Assembly: GCA_002898355.1 (NCBI GenBank)
Contig: BEHD01000012.1
Location: 1 to 24,000, forward strand
Direction of reading: 5' to 3'
Length of the DNA stretch: 24,000 nucleotides
Origin: an archaeon HR01
Lineage (GTDB): Archaea; Thermoproteota; Nitrososphaeria_A; Caldarchaeales; Caldarchaeaceae
Shown here piece by piece: positions 1 through 8,821 of the stretch. The notes under the pieces were generated by a model. That model saw only the letters and a program-made list of their open reading frames with translations. It searched no databases and had not been told where the DNA came from. How positions within the stretch are numbered: the stretch's first letter is position 1; each line of letters opens with the position of its first letter. The position numbers were made by a program, and so were the translations under genes.

Positions 1-5
1 AGACC

Positions 6-97
6 GGGCCCGTAGCTCAGTCAGGTAGAGAGAACTCCAATCCTACAGCACCGGGCTCTTAACCCGGGGGTCGCGGGATCAAAGCCCGCCGGGCCCG
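6..97 (+). tRNA. tRNA-Lys (anticodon CUU) with a probable 18-nt non-canonical intron (~31..48) in the D arm
   Basis: Acceptor gggcccg(6-12)/cgggccc(90-96), D-stem gctc(15-18)/gag+c, anticodon stem ccggg(51-55)/cccgg(63-67) with loop ctCTTaa, T-stem gcggg(73-77)/cccgc(85-89). It only folds canonically if 18 nt (agaactccaatcctacag) are removed between D-stem positions 24 and 25. Confidence 0.93.
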
Positions 98-229
98 CAT
101 CAAAGATGGTTGGAGCCAAAGCGCCTTTTCTCAACTCAATCGTGCCATATAGGAAATTCTAGCCTCAATCATCCGCCATACATTAGTCATAACATCCAGA
201 TGTCCCATCATCCCTCTAAGACATAAATA

Positions 230-1450
230 ATGAATGGAGACTGGCCGAGCATGCTGAGTAGAATAGTTGACGCTCATATCCACAAACCTCGGAATGTTGG
301 CTTGGTGGCCACCTACAAAACATGGGCGAGGGGGTTTGCCAGCAGGTATGGGATGGAATCATTAGAGGAGGCCTTCACATGGCAGATGATGGCGGCACCA
401 CGTATAAGGAGCATCCTCACATACCTAGCACAGGTCTATAATATAGAACCTGATATAGATGTTGTTGAGGCAAAAATATCTGATATCATGGCTGAGGGGT
501 TCGAAGAGTATGTGAGGTCGGTCATGGATAGGGAGGGCATAGGACATGCTATAATGGATCTGTCCCTCGAAGTTGAGGAAGTAGAGGAGGTATCACAGGC
601 ATTGGATGGACTGCCTTCAGGTAGATTCTCATGGACTTTCAACATAGTGGATATGCTCCATCCCAGCTGGGCGGTGTCTAGGGGTGTGAGAGACATAAGA
701 GAGCTGGTGGATGCTATATCGAAGCAGCTGATTCGATTGAAGGAAGATGGGTGCCGCGGACTAAAGAACTCTATGGCCTACTACAGGGGCTTGGGTATAT
801 CTGCGGTCGATGAGGAGCGGGCCGACCTAGCTTACAGATGGCTATCCAAGAACAAGCCCTACAAATATGTCGATTCCTTCCCGAGACCCATCCCCAAATA
901 TCCGGATGGTGACGCCAACAATCATCACCTAGCATATCAGGACTATATCCTCAAGCACATATATGTTGAGGCGGGGAGGTTGGGGCTCCCAATACTTATA
1001 CATGTAGCTAGCGCATTACATCCAGCATTAACACCAATTAACAATGACCCACGAGGGCTATACACAGTATTGGAAGATAGAGAAATAATACGTGCTGGCA
1101 CAAGATTCCTAATACTTCACGGTGGATACCCCCTGCACAGGGAGGTGGCCACAATACTGAGCCAGCATCCCAACGCATACGTAGATCTATCCTTCTTCAG
1201 CCAGTATCCTGCCATTCTTGAAGAGATGCTAACCACATTTCTGCAGCTGGCGCCTCATACCAAGATTATGCATGGCAGTGACTCCAACTTCTTCGCCGAA
1301 ATAATGGCTTATGCGGCCTACAACGTGAGAAGATGCCTTGATAGAGTTCTTCTCAGATTCGAGAACTACTGGGGATGGAGCAGTAAGCATTGTAGGGTCG
1401 TGTATGAGTCGGTTCTGAGTAGGAATGCGGAGGCTTTCTTCTCCCTGTGA
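230..1450 (+). CDS. Amidohydrolase-superfamily (amidohydrolase 2-like, TIM-barrel) protein, 406 aa
   Basis: ORF track; N-terminal VDAHIH metal-binding motif, later LPILIHVA, LILHGGYPLHREVA and KIMHGSDSNFF motifs typical of the family. Alternative start at 251. Confidence 0.75.
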   Translation: MNGDWPSMLSRIVDAHIHKPRNVGLVATYKTWARGFASRYGMESLEEAFTWQMMAAPRIRSILTYLAQVYNIEPDIDVVEAKISDIMAEGFEEYVRSVMDREGIGHAIMDLSLEVEEVEEVSQALDGLPSGRFSWTFNIVDMLHPSWAVSRGVRDIRELVDAISKQLIRLKEDGCRGLKNSMAYYRGLGISAVDEERADLAYRWLSKNKPYKYVDSFPRPIPKYPDGDANNHHLAYQDYILKHIYVEAGRLGLPILIHVASALHPALTPINNDPRGLYTVLEDREIIRAGTRFLILHGGYPLHREVATILSQHPNAYVDLSFFSQYPAILEEMLTTFLQLAPHTKIMHGSDSNFFAEIMAYAAYNVRRCLDRVLLRFENYWGWSSKHCRVVYESVLSRNAEAFFSL

Positions 1451-1688
1451 TGGATGGTCTCCACAAACAGCATCTTCGTATATTTTAGCCAGAGTTGGGA
1501 TGATAGTAGGTATTTAGAAGGGTGATCGCTGATCTTAGGGGTAAAAGCTTATAATGATGACACACATGAATGAGAACCCAAAACACCTAGAATAGCCCAG
1601 CTGAGCTTTGCGACCCACAACCATCTTGTTTATATGTTGGGTTCTTACGCTAGGGTTTTTCTAATGCTTTGGCAAAGCTCAACAGGGT

Positions 1689-2720
1689 TTGAGGGACATC
1701 CTGATTGTATCGCCTACGAGTGAGGGCTTGGGTGGCGTGGCATCCCATGTCGGAGCCCTGGCCTCTAGACTATCGGCGGCCGGTTTCATGGTGGATGTCA
1801 TCTCATCGAGTAACACACCTATCATAGGTTTGAAAGGTCTTAAGAACCCATCCTTCGCCCTCACCTCACCCTTGAAAGCTTGGAGAGGTAGGTGGAGGGT
1901 GGTCCACGCCCACAACATACCCTCAGCAACGGCTATGAGGACCGCTCGAGCAGGCCTAAAAGTTCTCACGATACATGGTTTCTACTCGGAACAGGTAAAG
2001 TTTCTCCATGGAAAAATCCTAGGCGGTATAGGTTCTTGGTTTGAGAGGAAGGCGTTATCATGGGCCGATGTTATCACGGCCGTATCGAAAAATGCTGTGG
2101 AAGTGTATAGGAGTATGGGTTTCGAGGTAAAGCACATCCCCAACGCAATCGACTTGGACACCCTCAAGTATATCCCGAAGCGGGTCAAGACGCCACAGGT
2201 TGTTTATGTGGGCAGATTCTCCAAGGAGAAGGGGGTGGACATGTTGCTGGATGCCTCGGAGAGGGCGAGGGAGCTAAACTTTGTTTTGGTGGGCTCGGGG
2301 CCTCTGAAACCCCTGCTGTCGAGAAGGGCTGCTGAACTACCCAACGTCACAGTGGTAGGGCCTGTGCCCCATAACGAGGCCCTCGGATATATTGCAGGCT
2401 CTGACGTTCTGGTCCTTCCATCCAGACTTGAAGGGTTGAGCACAGTTATCCTTGAAGCGATGGCCCTAAAAACACCTGTTGTGGCATCGGATGTGGGTGG
2501 GAACAGGGAGCTTGTGGAGGATGGTGTGACAGGCCTGCTGGTAAAGGTTGGAGACATCGAAGGGTTGGTGGAAAAAATCGCAAGGCTCTGTAACGATTCG
2601 AAACTATCGGCCAGACTCGTTGAGGAGGCATATAAAAGGGTTAAGTCGGAGTATAGCTGGAGCAGAGTATTCCACGAATATCTGAAGGTGTACGGGCTGG
2701 AAGGTGATATGCGGTCTTGA
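1689..2720 (+). CDS. Glycosyltransferase family 4 (GT-B fold), 343 aa
   Basis: TTG start; motifs GGVASHVGALASRLSAAGF, VYVGRFSKEKGVDMLLDA, DVLVLPSRLEGLSTVILEAMALKTPVVASDVGGNRELV are typical of GT4. Confidence 0.92.
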   Translation: MRDILIVSPTSEGLGGVASHVGALASRLSAAGFMVDVISSSNTPIIGLKGLKNPSFALTSPLKAWRGRWRVVHAHNIPSATAMRTARAGLKVLTIHGFYSEQVKFLHGKILGGIGSWFERKALSWADVITAVSKNAVEVYRSMGFEVKHIPNAIDLDTLKYIPKRVKTPQVVYVGRFSKEKGVDMLLDASERARELNFVLVGSGPLKPLLSRRAAELPNVTVVGPVPHNEALGYIAGSDVLVLPSRLEGLSTVILEAMALKTPVVASDVGGNRELVEDGVTGLLVKVGDIEGLVEKIARLCNDSKLSARLVEEAYKRVKSEYSWSRVFHEYLKVYGLEGDMRS

Positions 2721-3640
2721 GGGTTGTGGTTACGGGAGGGGCAGGATTCATAGGCTCAAGGCTGGTGGCGAGGCTGGCGGAGCTGGGAGACGAGGTGACC
2801 GTGATAGACGACCTCTCAAAGGGTAGAATAGAGAACCTGAAAAAACTCCTCGACAGCCATCACGTAAGACTCCACATCCTCGACATAACAGAACGGGAAA
2901 AAATATCTGAGAGACTTGATGACTCTGAGGCTTTAGTCCATCTCGCAGCCATAAGCTCTGTCACAGAGGCGGAGACACAGCCGGCCAGGGCCTTCAGGGT
3001 TAACGTAATGGGAACTGAGTTCATCTTAGAGTCATGTATCCGTAAAAAGGTTAGGAAGGCGATATTTGCATCCTCGGCGGCTGTCTTCGGAGATGGTGGC
3101 AGGCCTTTCACCGAGAAAGACCCGCCAAACCCACAGAACGTCTATGGAGCCACAAAAGTTCTTGGTGAGAGGCTGTTCGAGTCTTATGCCTACAGGCATG
3201 GCTTACATTCGGTTGTCCTTAGAATCTTCAACGTGTATGGTGGGGGGATGGCAGGCCAGGGGGTGGTGGATAGATTCATCACAGCATGTCTGTCCGGTAA
3301 GCCTTTAGAAATATACGGTGACGGACTACAGATGAGGGATTTCATCCACGTGGATGACGTGGTGGAAGCCTTCATAAAATCCCTAGATTTTGAGCCATCC
3401 GAGAATTTCGCAAGGTTCAACATCGGCTCCGGGCAACCCCTCACCATAGCAGAGCTTGCAGGAATGATTTTAAGGATGTTCGGAGCCTCAGACCATATGC
3501 TAATCCATAGAGAGGCTAGGCCGGGCGATATCAGATTTAGCGTCGCAGATATCTCGCAGGCCAGAACCGTTCTGGGTTTTGAGCCGAGGATAAGGGTTAA
3601 GGATTGGGTTAAAAAAGTGGCTATGGAGATGCGGTCATAG
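2717..3640 (+). CDS. NAD-dependent epimerase/dehydratase (UDP-glucose 4-epimerase-like, extended SDR), 307 aa
   Basis: TTG start overlapping upstream gene by 4 nt; VVVTGGAGFIGSRLVARL Rossmann motif, YGATKVLGE (YxxxK), LRIFNVYG, RDFIHVDDVV. Confidence 0.92.
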   Translation: MRVVVTGGAGFIGSRLVARLAELGDEVTVIDDLSKGRIENLKKLLDSHHVRLHILDITEREKISERLDDSEALVHLAAISSVTEAETQPARAFRVNVMGTEFILESCIRKKVRKAIFASSAAVFGDGGRPFTEKDPPNPQNVYGATKVLGERLFESYAYRHGLHSVVLRIFNVYGGGMAGQGVVDRFITACLSGKPLEIYGDGLQMRDFIHVDDVVEAFIKSLDFEPSENFARFNIGSGQPLTIAELAGMILRMFGASDHMLIHREARPGDIRFSVADISQARTVLGFEPRIRVKDWVKKVAMEMRS

Positions 3641-4324
3641 ATGGTTCTAACAGCTAAGATATTCGAGGTTAAGCAGCCCGCCACACTGGAGGAGATAGCC
3701 CTCAAGCTCAACTCCGTAAGACTTGTAGAGAACGAGAAGGTCGGTGATACCGAGTTTGAGCTGGTAACATCCGTTGGCGAGCTCTCGGCTGCTGGGGGGA
3801 GGCTTGAAGCGGTCTTCTCCAGGGACAAAATTATGATGGTTAACCAGAGGGGGAAGATGACACCTGTGTTGAAGACAGTCACAGCTCCGATTATCCTGTG
3901 GAAAAGAGATGATCGGACATTCCTGATGGTTATTCAGAAGAAGCATTTCGCCAACTTTGTGGCGTCATTTCTATCACACCAGCTCTTTCTAAACTATCGC
4001 AGCATAGTGGAGGCGAACATAACAGCCGAGAGCCTGAGACGTTTCCATGAGATGAACCCTGAAGCAACTAAGGTCATCTATTTCGACGACCTCGACTTTC
4101 CCGGGGTGGATAAGGTGGCTCTCTACGGCGAATCCCTAAGCAACACTGGTAAATATGAGGAGTACCTATCACACGGAAAGATATGGTATCTAGTCTTTTC
4201 CGTGCGGGGTACAAATGCTGTACTCGGCGTTAGTAGAAACTGTGTGGTTGTATCATTCTCTAGGATATCCGAGTCACAGTTCATAGAATACATCCTCGAA
4301 AACGTCTTCCCACTAGTCTCCTAG
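3641..4324 (+). CDS. Hypothetical protein, 227 aa, immediately downstream of and probably co-transcribed with the SDR gene
   Basis: Long ORF abutting the upstream stop with coding-like composition; convergent with MscS gene. No family recognised. Confidence 0.75.
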   Translation: MVLTAKIFEVKQPATLEEIALKLNSVRLVENEKVGDTEFELVTSVGELSAAGGRLEAVFSRDKIMMVNQRGKMTPVLKTVTAPIILWKRDDRTFLMVIQKKHFANFVASFLSHQLFLNYRSIVEANITAESLRRFHEMNPEATKVIYFDDLDFPGVDKVALYGESLSNTGKYEEYLSHGKIWYLVFSVRGTNAVLGVSRNCVVVSFSRISESQFIEYILENVFPLVS

Positions 4325-5118
4325 ATATAGGCCCTTTGGGCCACATCCGATAGCTTCATGTATATGCGCTCGAGGATGAGTGGGGCGAGGGATTCTGCCT
4401 TGGGTGGGTTCGACACGTAGATGATGAGCTGCAGGTCGACGTTGTCACCGTCCACACCTACTACTCTCACTTCTGCAGCCCTTCCAGCAGCCATCTCGCT
4501 CTTTGCCAAATCGGTGCCGGTCTTAAGCATCACCAGCTTGGCATCCTGTATAGAAATATTTCTCGTGTTTACGCGGACGGTGACGGAGAAGACTCCGGCA
4601 CCAGACTTCGAAAAATTCACCGCCCGAGTGTTTAGGAGATATGTGTTGGGGATAAAAACCTTCTTCAAATCCGATGTCATCAACATGGTGTTAAACGTGT
4701 TTATCCCAACAACCCTGACTATCTTCCCATCCAGCTCAAGGTAGTCGCCGGGTCTGAATGCACCACCTATCCTCAGAATGTCTCCCGCAAACAATTCTCT
4801 CAGAGGTGTGTAGAGGAGAAACAGCACGGCAGTGTACAGTCCTAGGACAGCGTATAGTTGCCAGTTTTCCTGGAGAATCCAGAGAAGGCCTAGGGGCGCC
4901 CCAGCAAGGAATATGACAGAGCTGGCCAGTCTAAAGAGACCGCCTAAGGAGATAGAGAATCTATCGATAAGGCTGGCCACTACCAGCCTCAGAAAAGCTA
5001 TGGCTGAGATGCAGAACGTGGAGTAGGTTATCAAGTTCAGGAGGTCCTGGGAGATTATGGCTTTGGCGACATCTTCCAACATGGGTACGGCCATAGACCG
5101 TATCTTGCGGGCCTCCAT
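4321..5118 (-). CDS. MscS-family mechanosensitive ion channel-like membrane protein, 265 aa
   Basis: N-terminal TM segments then AGDILRIGGAFRPGDYLELDGKIVRVVGINTFNTMLMTSDLKKVFIPNTYLLN, a typical MscS beta-domain signature. Confidence 0.85.
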   Translation of the reverse strand: MEARKIRSMAVPMLEDVAKAIISQDLLNLITYSTFCISAIAFLRLVVASLIDRFSISLGGLFRLASSVIFLAGAPLGLLWILQENWQLYAVLGLYTAVLFLLYTPLRELFAGDILRIGGAFRPGDYLELDGKIVRVVGINTFNTMLMTSDLKKVFIPNTYLLNTRAVNFSKSGAGVFSVTVRVNTRNISIQDAKLVMLKTGTDLAKSEMAAGRAAEVRVVGVDGDNVDLQLIIYVSNPPKAESLAPLILERIYMKLSDVAQRAYI

Positions 5119-5172
5119 TTAACTGCGGCAACTAGAAAAACCGACGGTATATCCTCGGCATTACCCCGATAT

Positions 5173-5388
5173 CTATCCCCGGCTTTTGAAGAAATCGAGG
5201 TATGGGTCCCTGCCAATCTCTGATGTTTTTATGAGCTTGGCAGTCATAGACTTATTTTTCTTGATGACGTTGTAGCCGCATACAGGACACTTTGTCTCCG
5301 CAACCTTGGATAGCTTCTCCCTCTCAAATACCAGTCCGCATCTTACGCATTTGTATGTTATCTTCTGTGCGACGTTTCCCTCCGCCAA
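5173..5388 (-). CDS. rpoP: Probable DNA-directed RNA polymerase subunit P (Rpb12/RpoP-like) zinc ribbon, 71 aa
   Basis: YKCVRCGLVFEREKLSKVAETKCPVCGYNVIKKNK: CxxC...CPxCGY pattern of RpoP; C-terminal tail is divergent so the family call is moderate. Confidence 0.6.
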   Translation of the reverse strand: MAEGNVAQKITYKCVRCGLVFEREKLSKVAETKCPVCGYNVIKKNKSMTAKLIKTSEIGRDPYLDFFKSRG

Positions 5389-5471
5389 CCCAGTCAGATA
5401 TTCAGCTTAATGGTTAAAGATAAAGATGTTCCGATAGAGCTAAATAAGCAGAGCTAATAAGCCACAGGAGG

Positions 5472-7103
5472 ATGTCCCTAACCCGTATACCAGCCCTGCT
5501 GGTCTACCTGAATGTCTTCGCTTCTGGGGTTGTTGTTATGGTCTTGGAGCTGACGGGCAGCAGGCTTCTCGCCCCAGTCTTCGGCAACAGCATATTCGTC
5601 TGGGGAAGCTTGATCGGTGTAGTCTTGTCAGCACTCTCAGCGGGATATGCGCTGGGTGGGAAGCTGGCCGACCGCTCACCCACTGCCAGGTCATTCGCCA
5701 CCATCATATTCTCGGCTGGCTTGTTGACGGCTGCAACCCCCTACATTTCACCGATGGCTTTGGAGGCCATCCACTCATTACAGCTGGATGAAAGGTTCGG
5801 ACCCCTACTAGCCACAACATCCATCCTACTCCTCCCAACAATTCTGATGGGTATGGTCACACCGTTCGGAGTACGCCTCGTAACCTCCAGCAGATGGACT
5901 GTCGGAAGCTCCTCCGGAAACATATATTCACTCTCAACCATAGGAAGCATAGTGGGAACGTTCACCACCGTATTCGTGCTGATACCCCTGACAGATGTGA
6001 GGAGTATCATCCTGGGTTCTGGTCTGGTTCTGATGGCTTTCTCGGTGCCACTTCTGGGAAAAGGGCCTAAGGTTCTTCTGGCTTTGCTGCTGGTTTTCAG
6101 CCTATCCCCATTAGGCTACTACACCCAGCAGATAGCCGCTACATCAGGCGATGTGGTCTTCTCAAAGGAAACACCATACAATAGCTTGGCGGTTGTCGAG
6201 CGGGACAGTATACGCACATTATATCTCAACGGCCTCCCACACAGCGCAATGAACATCACCAACCCAACCCAGCTATTGTATAGGTACACCCGCTTCTTCG
6301 AGGCCGGATACGCCGCAACCAATGACGCGGAGAGAGTATTATTTGTGGGTGGCGGAGGATTTTCAGGCCCAAAATATTTCCTCGAAAAATTTCCTACAGT
6401 GTATGTGGATGTGGTGGAGCTGGACCCTGAAGTGATATCCACAGCCCTGACATACTTCAAAGTCCCATCCGACGAGAGGTTGACCATCTTAAATGATGAC
6501 GGCAGACGTTACCTCGACTCCGCCGACAAGGTATACGACCTAATTGTGTTAGATGCCTACGCCAAAACCTATGTCCCGTTTCATCTGATGACTGTAGAGT
6601 TTTTCCGTCTAGTCTCGGAGAAGCTGGATGCCGACGGTGTGGTGGTTAGCAACCTGATAGCATCCCTATACGGCGACACATCCACCATATTCTGGTCAGT
6701 TTATAAGACCATGTCATCCGTATTCCCTAGAATGTTTATCTATACCGCTTCCGAGGTTTCGGGAGGGCTTGTGCAGAACCTTATCGTCATAGCATGTAAA
6801 AACCCCCAATGCGTGATAGACTACAACAAACTAGCCGATAAGGGTTTAAAAGAGCTGCTAGAGAAAAGCCTATGGACATCTATACCGGTTCTCGACGATT
6901 ATCCCATTCTTACAGACGCTTATTCGCCGGTCGAGAATATGATAAACCCAGTTACGGGCCGGCCGTACTCTATCGCACTTGAGGCATATCAGGCAGCTCC
7001 CGCCACACTTTTCTACACGGGCAGCAACAGCCTTTCTCTCACCATAGTCTTCATATCCCTCACCTACTGGTTTTTCTCCGTTGCTTTAAGGAAAGATAAT
7101 TAA
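5472..7103 (+). CDS. Membrane-fused spermidine synthase-like protein (N-terminal TM region plus spermine/spermidine synthase domain), 543 aa
   Basis: Several hydrophobic N-terminal helices (VFASGVVVMVLELTGSRLLAPVFGNS...), then VEVDPEVISTA and DDGRRYLDSADKVYDLIVLDAY as in SpeE-like enzymes; C-terminal hydrophobic helix. Confidence 0.85.
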   Translation: MSLTRIPALLVYLNVFASGVVVMVLELTGSRLLAPVFGNSIFVWGSLIGVVLSALSAGYALGGKLADRSPTARSFATIIFSAGLLTAATPYISPMALEAIHSLQLDERFGPLLATTSILLLPTILMGMVTPFGVRLVTSSRWTVGSSSGNIYSLSTIGSIVGTFTTVFVLIPLTDVRSIILGSGLVLMAFSVPLLGKGPKVLLALLLVFSLSPLGYYTQQIAATSGDVVFSKETPYNSLAVVERDSIRTLYLNGLPHSAMNITNPTQLLYRYTRFFEAGYAATNDAERVLFVGGGGFSGPKYFLEKFPTVYVDVVELDPEVISTALTYFKVPSDERLTILNDDGRRYLDSADKVYDLIVLDAYAKTYVPFHLMTVEFFRLVSEKLDADGVVVSNLIASLYGDTSTIFWSVYKTMSSVFPRMFIYTASEVSGGLVQNLIVIACKNPQCVIDYNKLADKGLKELLEKSLWTSIPVLDDYPILTDAYSPVENMINPVTGRPYSIALEAYQAAPATLFYTGSNSLSLTIVFISLTYWFFSVALRKDN

Positions 7104-7126
7104 GTAAACCAGCACCAGATTTATCC

Positions 7127-7777
7127 GTGCTATTCAGCGACAGACATCATGCGGGGGTGGAGGTGGCCAGGATGCTTTCCCACTACAAGGGTGAGAACTG
7201 TATAGTCCTCGCAATCCCCCGAGGCGGTGTGGTCGTCGGATATGAGGTGGCCAAGCACTTGGGCTCACCCCTTGACGTCATAGTGCCTAGAAAGTTGGGT
7301 GCTCCAGGACAGCCGGAGCTGGCTGTGGGCGCCGTATCAGAGGATGGAACCATCTACCTAGACGATGAAATCGTAAAGCTGACCGGTGTCGACCGGAGAT
7401 ATGTTGAGGAGACGGCGGAGGCTGAGATGGGGGAGATTAGGAGGAGGGTGAGCGTCTATAGGGAGGGCCGGCCCAGCCTAGATGTAGCCGGCAGGATTGT
7501 TATCCTGGTTGACGACGGCCTCGCCACAGGCTCCACCGTCATAGCGGCTATCAGGCATCTCAGGAAGCTCGGCCCCGTAAAGATTGTGGTGGCCGTGCCT
7601 GTTGCGTCCAGGGAGGCCTTGGCCAGGGTTAGGAAGGAGGCTGACGAAGTCTACTGCAGGTATTCACCCAGCATATTCTACGCTATAGGGCAGTTCTACG
7701 AGGACTTTGAACAGGTCTCCGATGAGGAGGTCTTAAACATTCTCAACGAACTCCGTGGAAGAGGTGTCCCGGGCTAG
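7127..7777 (+). CDS. Phosphoribosyltransferase, 216 aa
   Basis: GTG start; PRPP-binding loop VILVDDGLATGSTVIAAIRHLR; N-terminal VLAIPRGGVVVGYEVAKHLGSPLDVIVPRKLG as in predicted PRTase-like proteins. Confidence 0.92.
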   Translation: MLFSDRHHAGVEVARMLSHYKGENCIVLAIPRGGVVVGYEVAKHLGSPLDVIVPRKLGAPGQPELAVGAVSEDGTIYLDDEIVKLTGVDRRYVEETAEAEMGEIRRRVSVYREGRPSLDVAGRIVILVDDGLATGSTVIAAIRHLRKLGPVKIVVAVPVASREALARVRKEADEVYCRYSPSIFYAIGQFYEDFEQVSDEEVLNILNELRGRGVPG

Positions 7778-8014
7778 ATGCAGGGTGGGGAGGGCCTATC
7801 CAGCCTAGCATTCATCCTAGGCCTCCTACTGGTACTGCTGGGCCTCATCCTCATGGCGGCACCACTCCTGAGCAAAATAGTGGGAAGCCTCGAAAGAGTT
7901 CATCCACTACTTCTCTGGGGTGTGAGGATTGACGGAGTATTTGTAGGCACTTCACCGCTCCTAATTATAGTACTGATTTTGATCTTCCTGCTTCTCAGGT
8001 ATTGGAGGTGGTGA
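7778..8014 (+). CDS. Small two-TM membrane protein, possibly DUF131-like, 78 aa
   Basis: Abuts the PRTase stop; two hydrophobic segments and a central VHPLLLWGVRIDGVFVGTSP. Family assignment tentative. Confidence 0.6.
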   Translation: MQGGEGLSSLAFILGLLLVLLGLILMAAPLLSKIVGSLERVHPLLLWGVRIDGVFVGTSPLLIIVLILIFLLLRYWRW

Positions 8015-8440
8015 TCACCTCTTAGAGGCAACCGCCTTGGCTGCCTGTTCTAGGAGCTGCCTACCCTTCGGCGTCAGTACCCTACCCTTCTTGCCGACGG
8101 TGGCTACGAGTCCCGCCTTCTCCAGCTGCTGGAGGATGCGGCGGACTATGGCTCCACCCCCTTTTACATGTCTTGGAGGTCTCATACCCGGCCTATGCCT
8201 GCCACCGTAGTAGGCCCGGAGCCTTGAAACCCCTATAGGTCCCAAGAGATAGAGCTTCCTGATGATTGAGGCCGCCCTTACAAACCACCAGTCGGGGTTT
8301 GTTGGCGGATGCTCCCTGGCCATCGATGTCTTCACGTATTGGGACCACGGCGGCGACTCTATAGACCTTGAGGTTTTGAGATACTCGGCCACCCTATCTA
8401 TTAGCTTGTCTGCGGCCACGCTCTTAACAGTATCCACCAT
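8015..8440 (-). CDS. rps19e: Ribosomal protein S19e (eS19), 141 aa
   Basis: VAEYLKTSRSIESPPWSQYVKTSMAREHPPTNPDWWFVRAASIIRKLYLLGPIGVSRLRAYYGGRHRPGMRPPRHVKGGGAIVRRILQQLEKAGLV is a full S19e signature. Confidence 0.97.
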   Translation of the reverse strand: MVDTVKSVAADKLIDRVAEYLKTSRSIESPPWSQYVKTSMAREHPPTNPDWWFVRAASIIRKLYLLGPIGVSRLRAYYGGRHRPGMRPPRHVKGGGAIVRRILQQLEKAGLVATVGKKGRVLTPKGRQLLEQAAKAVASKR

Positions 8441-8455
8441 GCAGCACCCACATCC

Positions 8456-8809
8456 TTATCCTGCGGATTTGCTTCCTGAACTGTATTTTAGTTTTTCACG
8501 GCCCAGTGGGTAGCGCCTCATAAACCCGCAGGCCATACATCTAACCACCACATGGGTGGAGCGGCGGCTCCTAACCCTAACCCTGAAGGTTCCAGCCCCT
8601 GTAAAAGGGGTTCCACATCTTCTGCAAAACCTCCTCCTCAGCTCCGGCGGAAGCCTAAGCCTGTAATGCATCGCAATCCGCTGGGCAGTCCTAACAGCTG
8701 CGACCGCATAGTCTGGATAAGACTCATAGTGGTTTACGGCGAAATCCAGCAGTCTCTCAACCCTCCTTAATGCAAGCTTTCTAATCCTCCTTATCTCAGA
8801 CTTTCTCAA
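8456..8809 (-). CDS. rnp4: Ribonuclease P protein component 4 (Rpp21/Rpr2 family), 117 aa
   Basis: ERLLDFAVNHYESYPDYAVAAVRTAQRIAMHYRLRLPPELRRRFCRRCGTPFTGAGTFRVRVRSRRSTHVVVRCMACGFMRRYP, with the conserved zinc-ribbon cysteines. Confidence 0.92.
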   Translation of the reverse strand: MRKSEIRRIRKLALRRVERLLDFAVNHYESYPDYAVAAVRTAQRIAMHYRLRLPPELRRRFCRRCGTPFTGAGTFRVRVRSRRSTHVVVRCMACGFMRRYPLGREKLKYSSGSKSAG

Positions 8810-8821
8810 CTACATCTGAAA

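Noticed and set aside
3190-3882. 230-aa minus-strand ORF
   Set aside because: Shadow of the SDR epimerase and following gene; Ser/Thr/Pro-rich with no recognisable motif.
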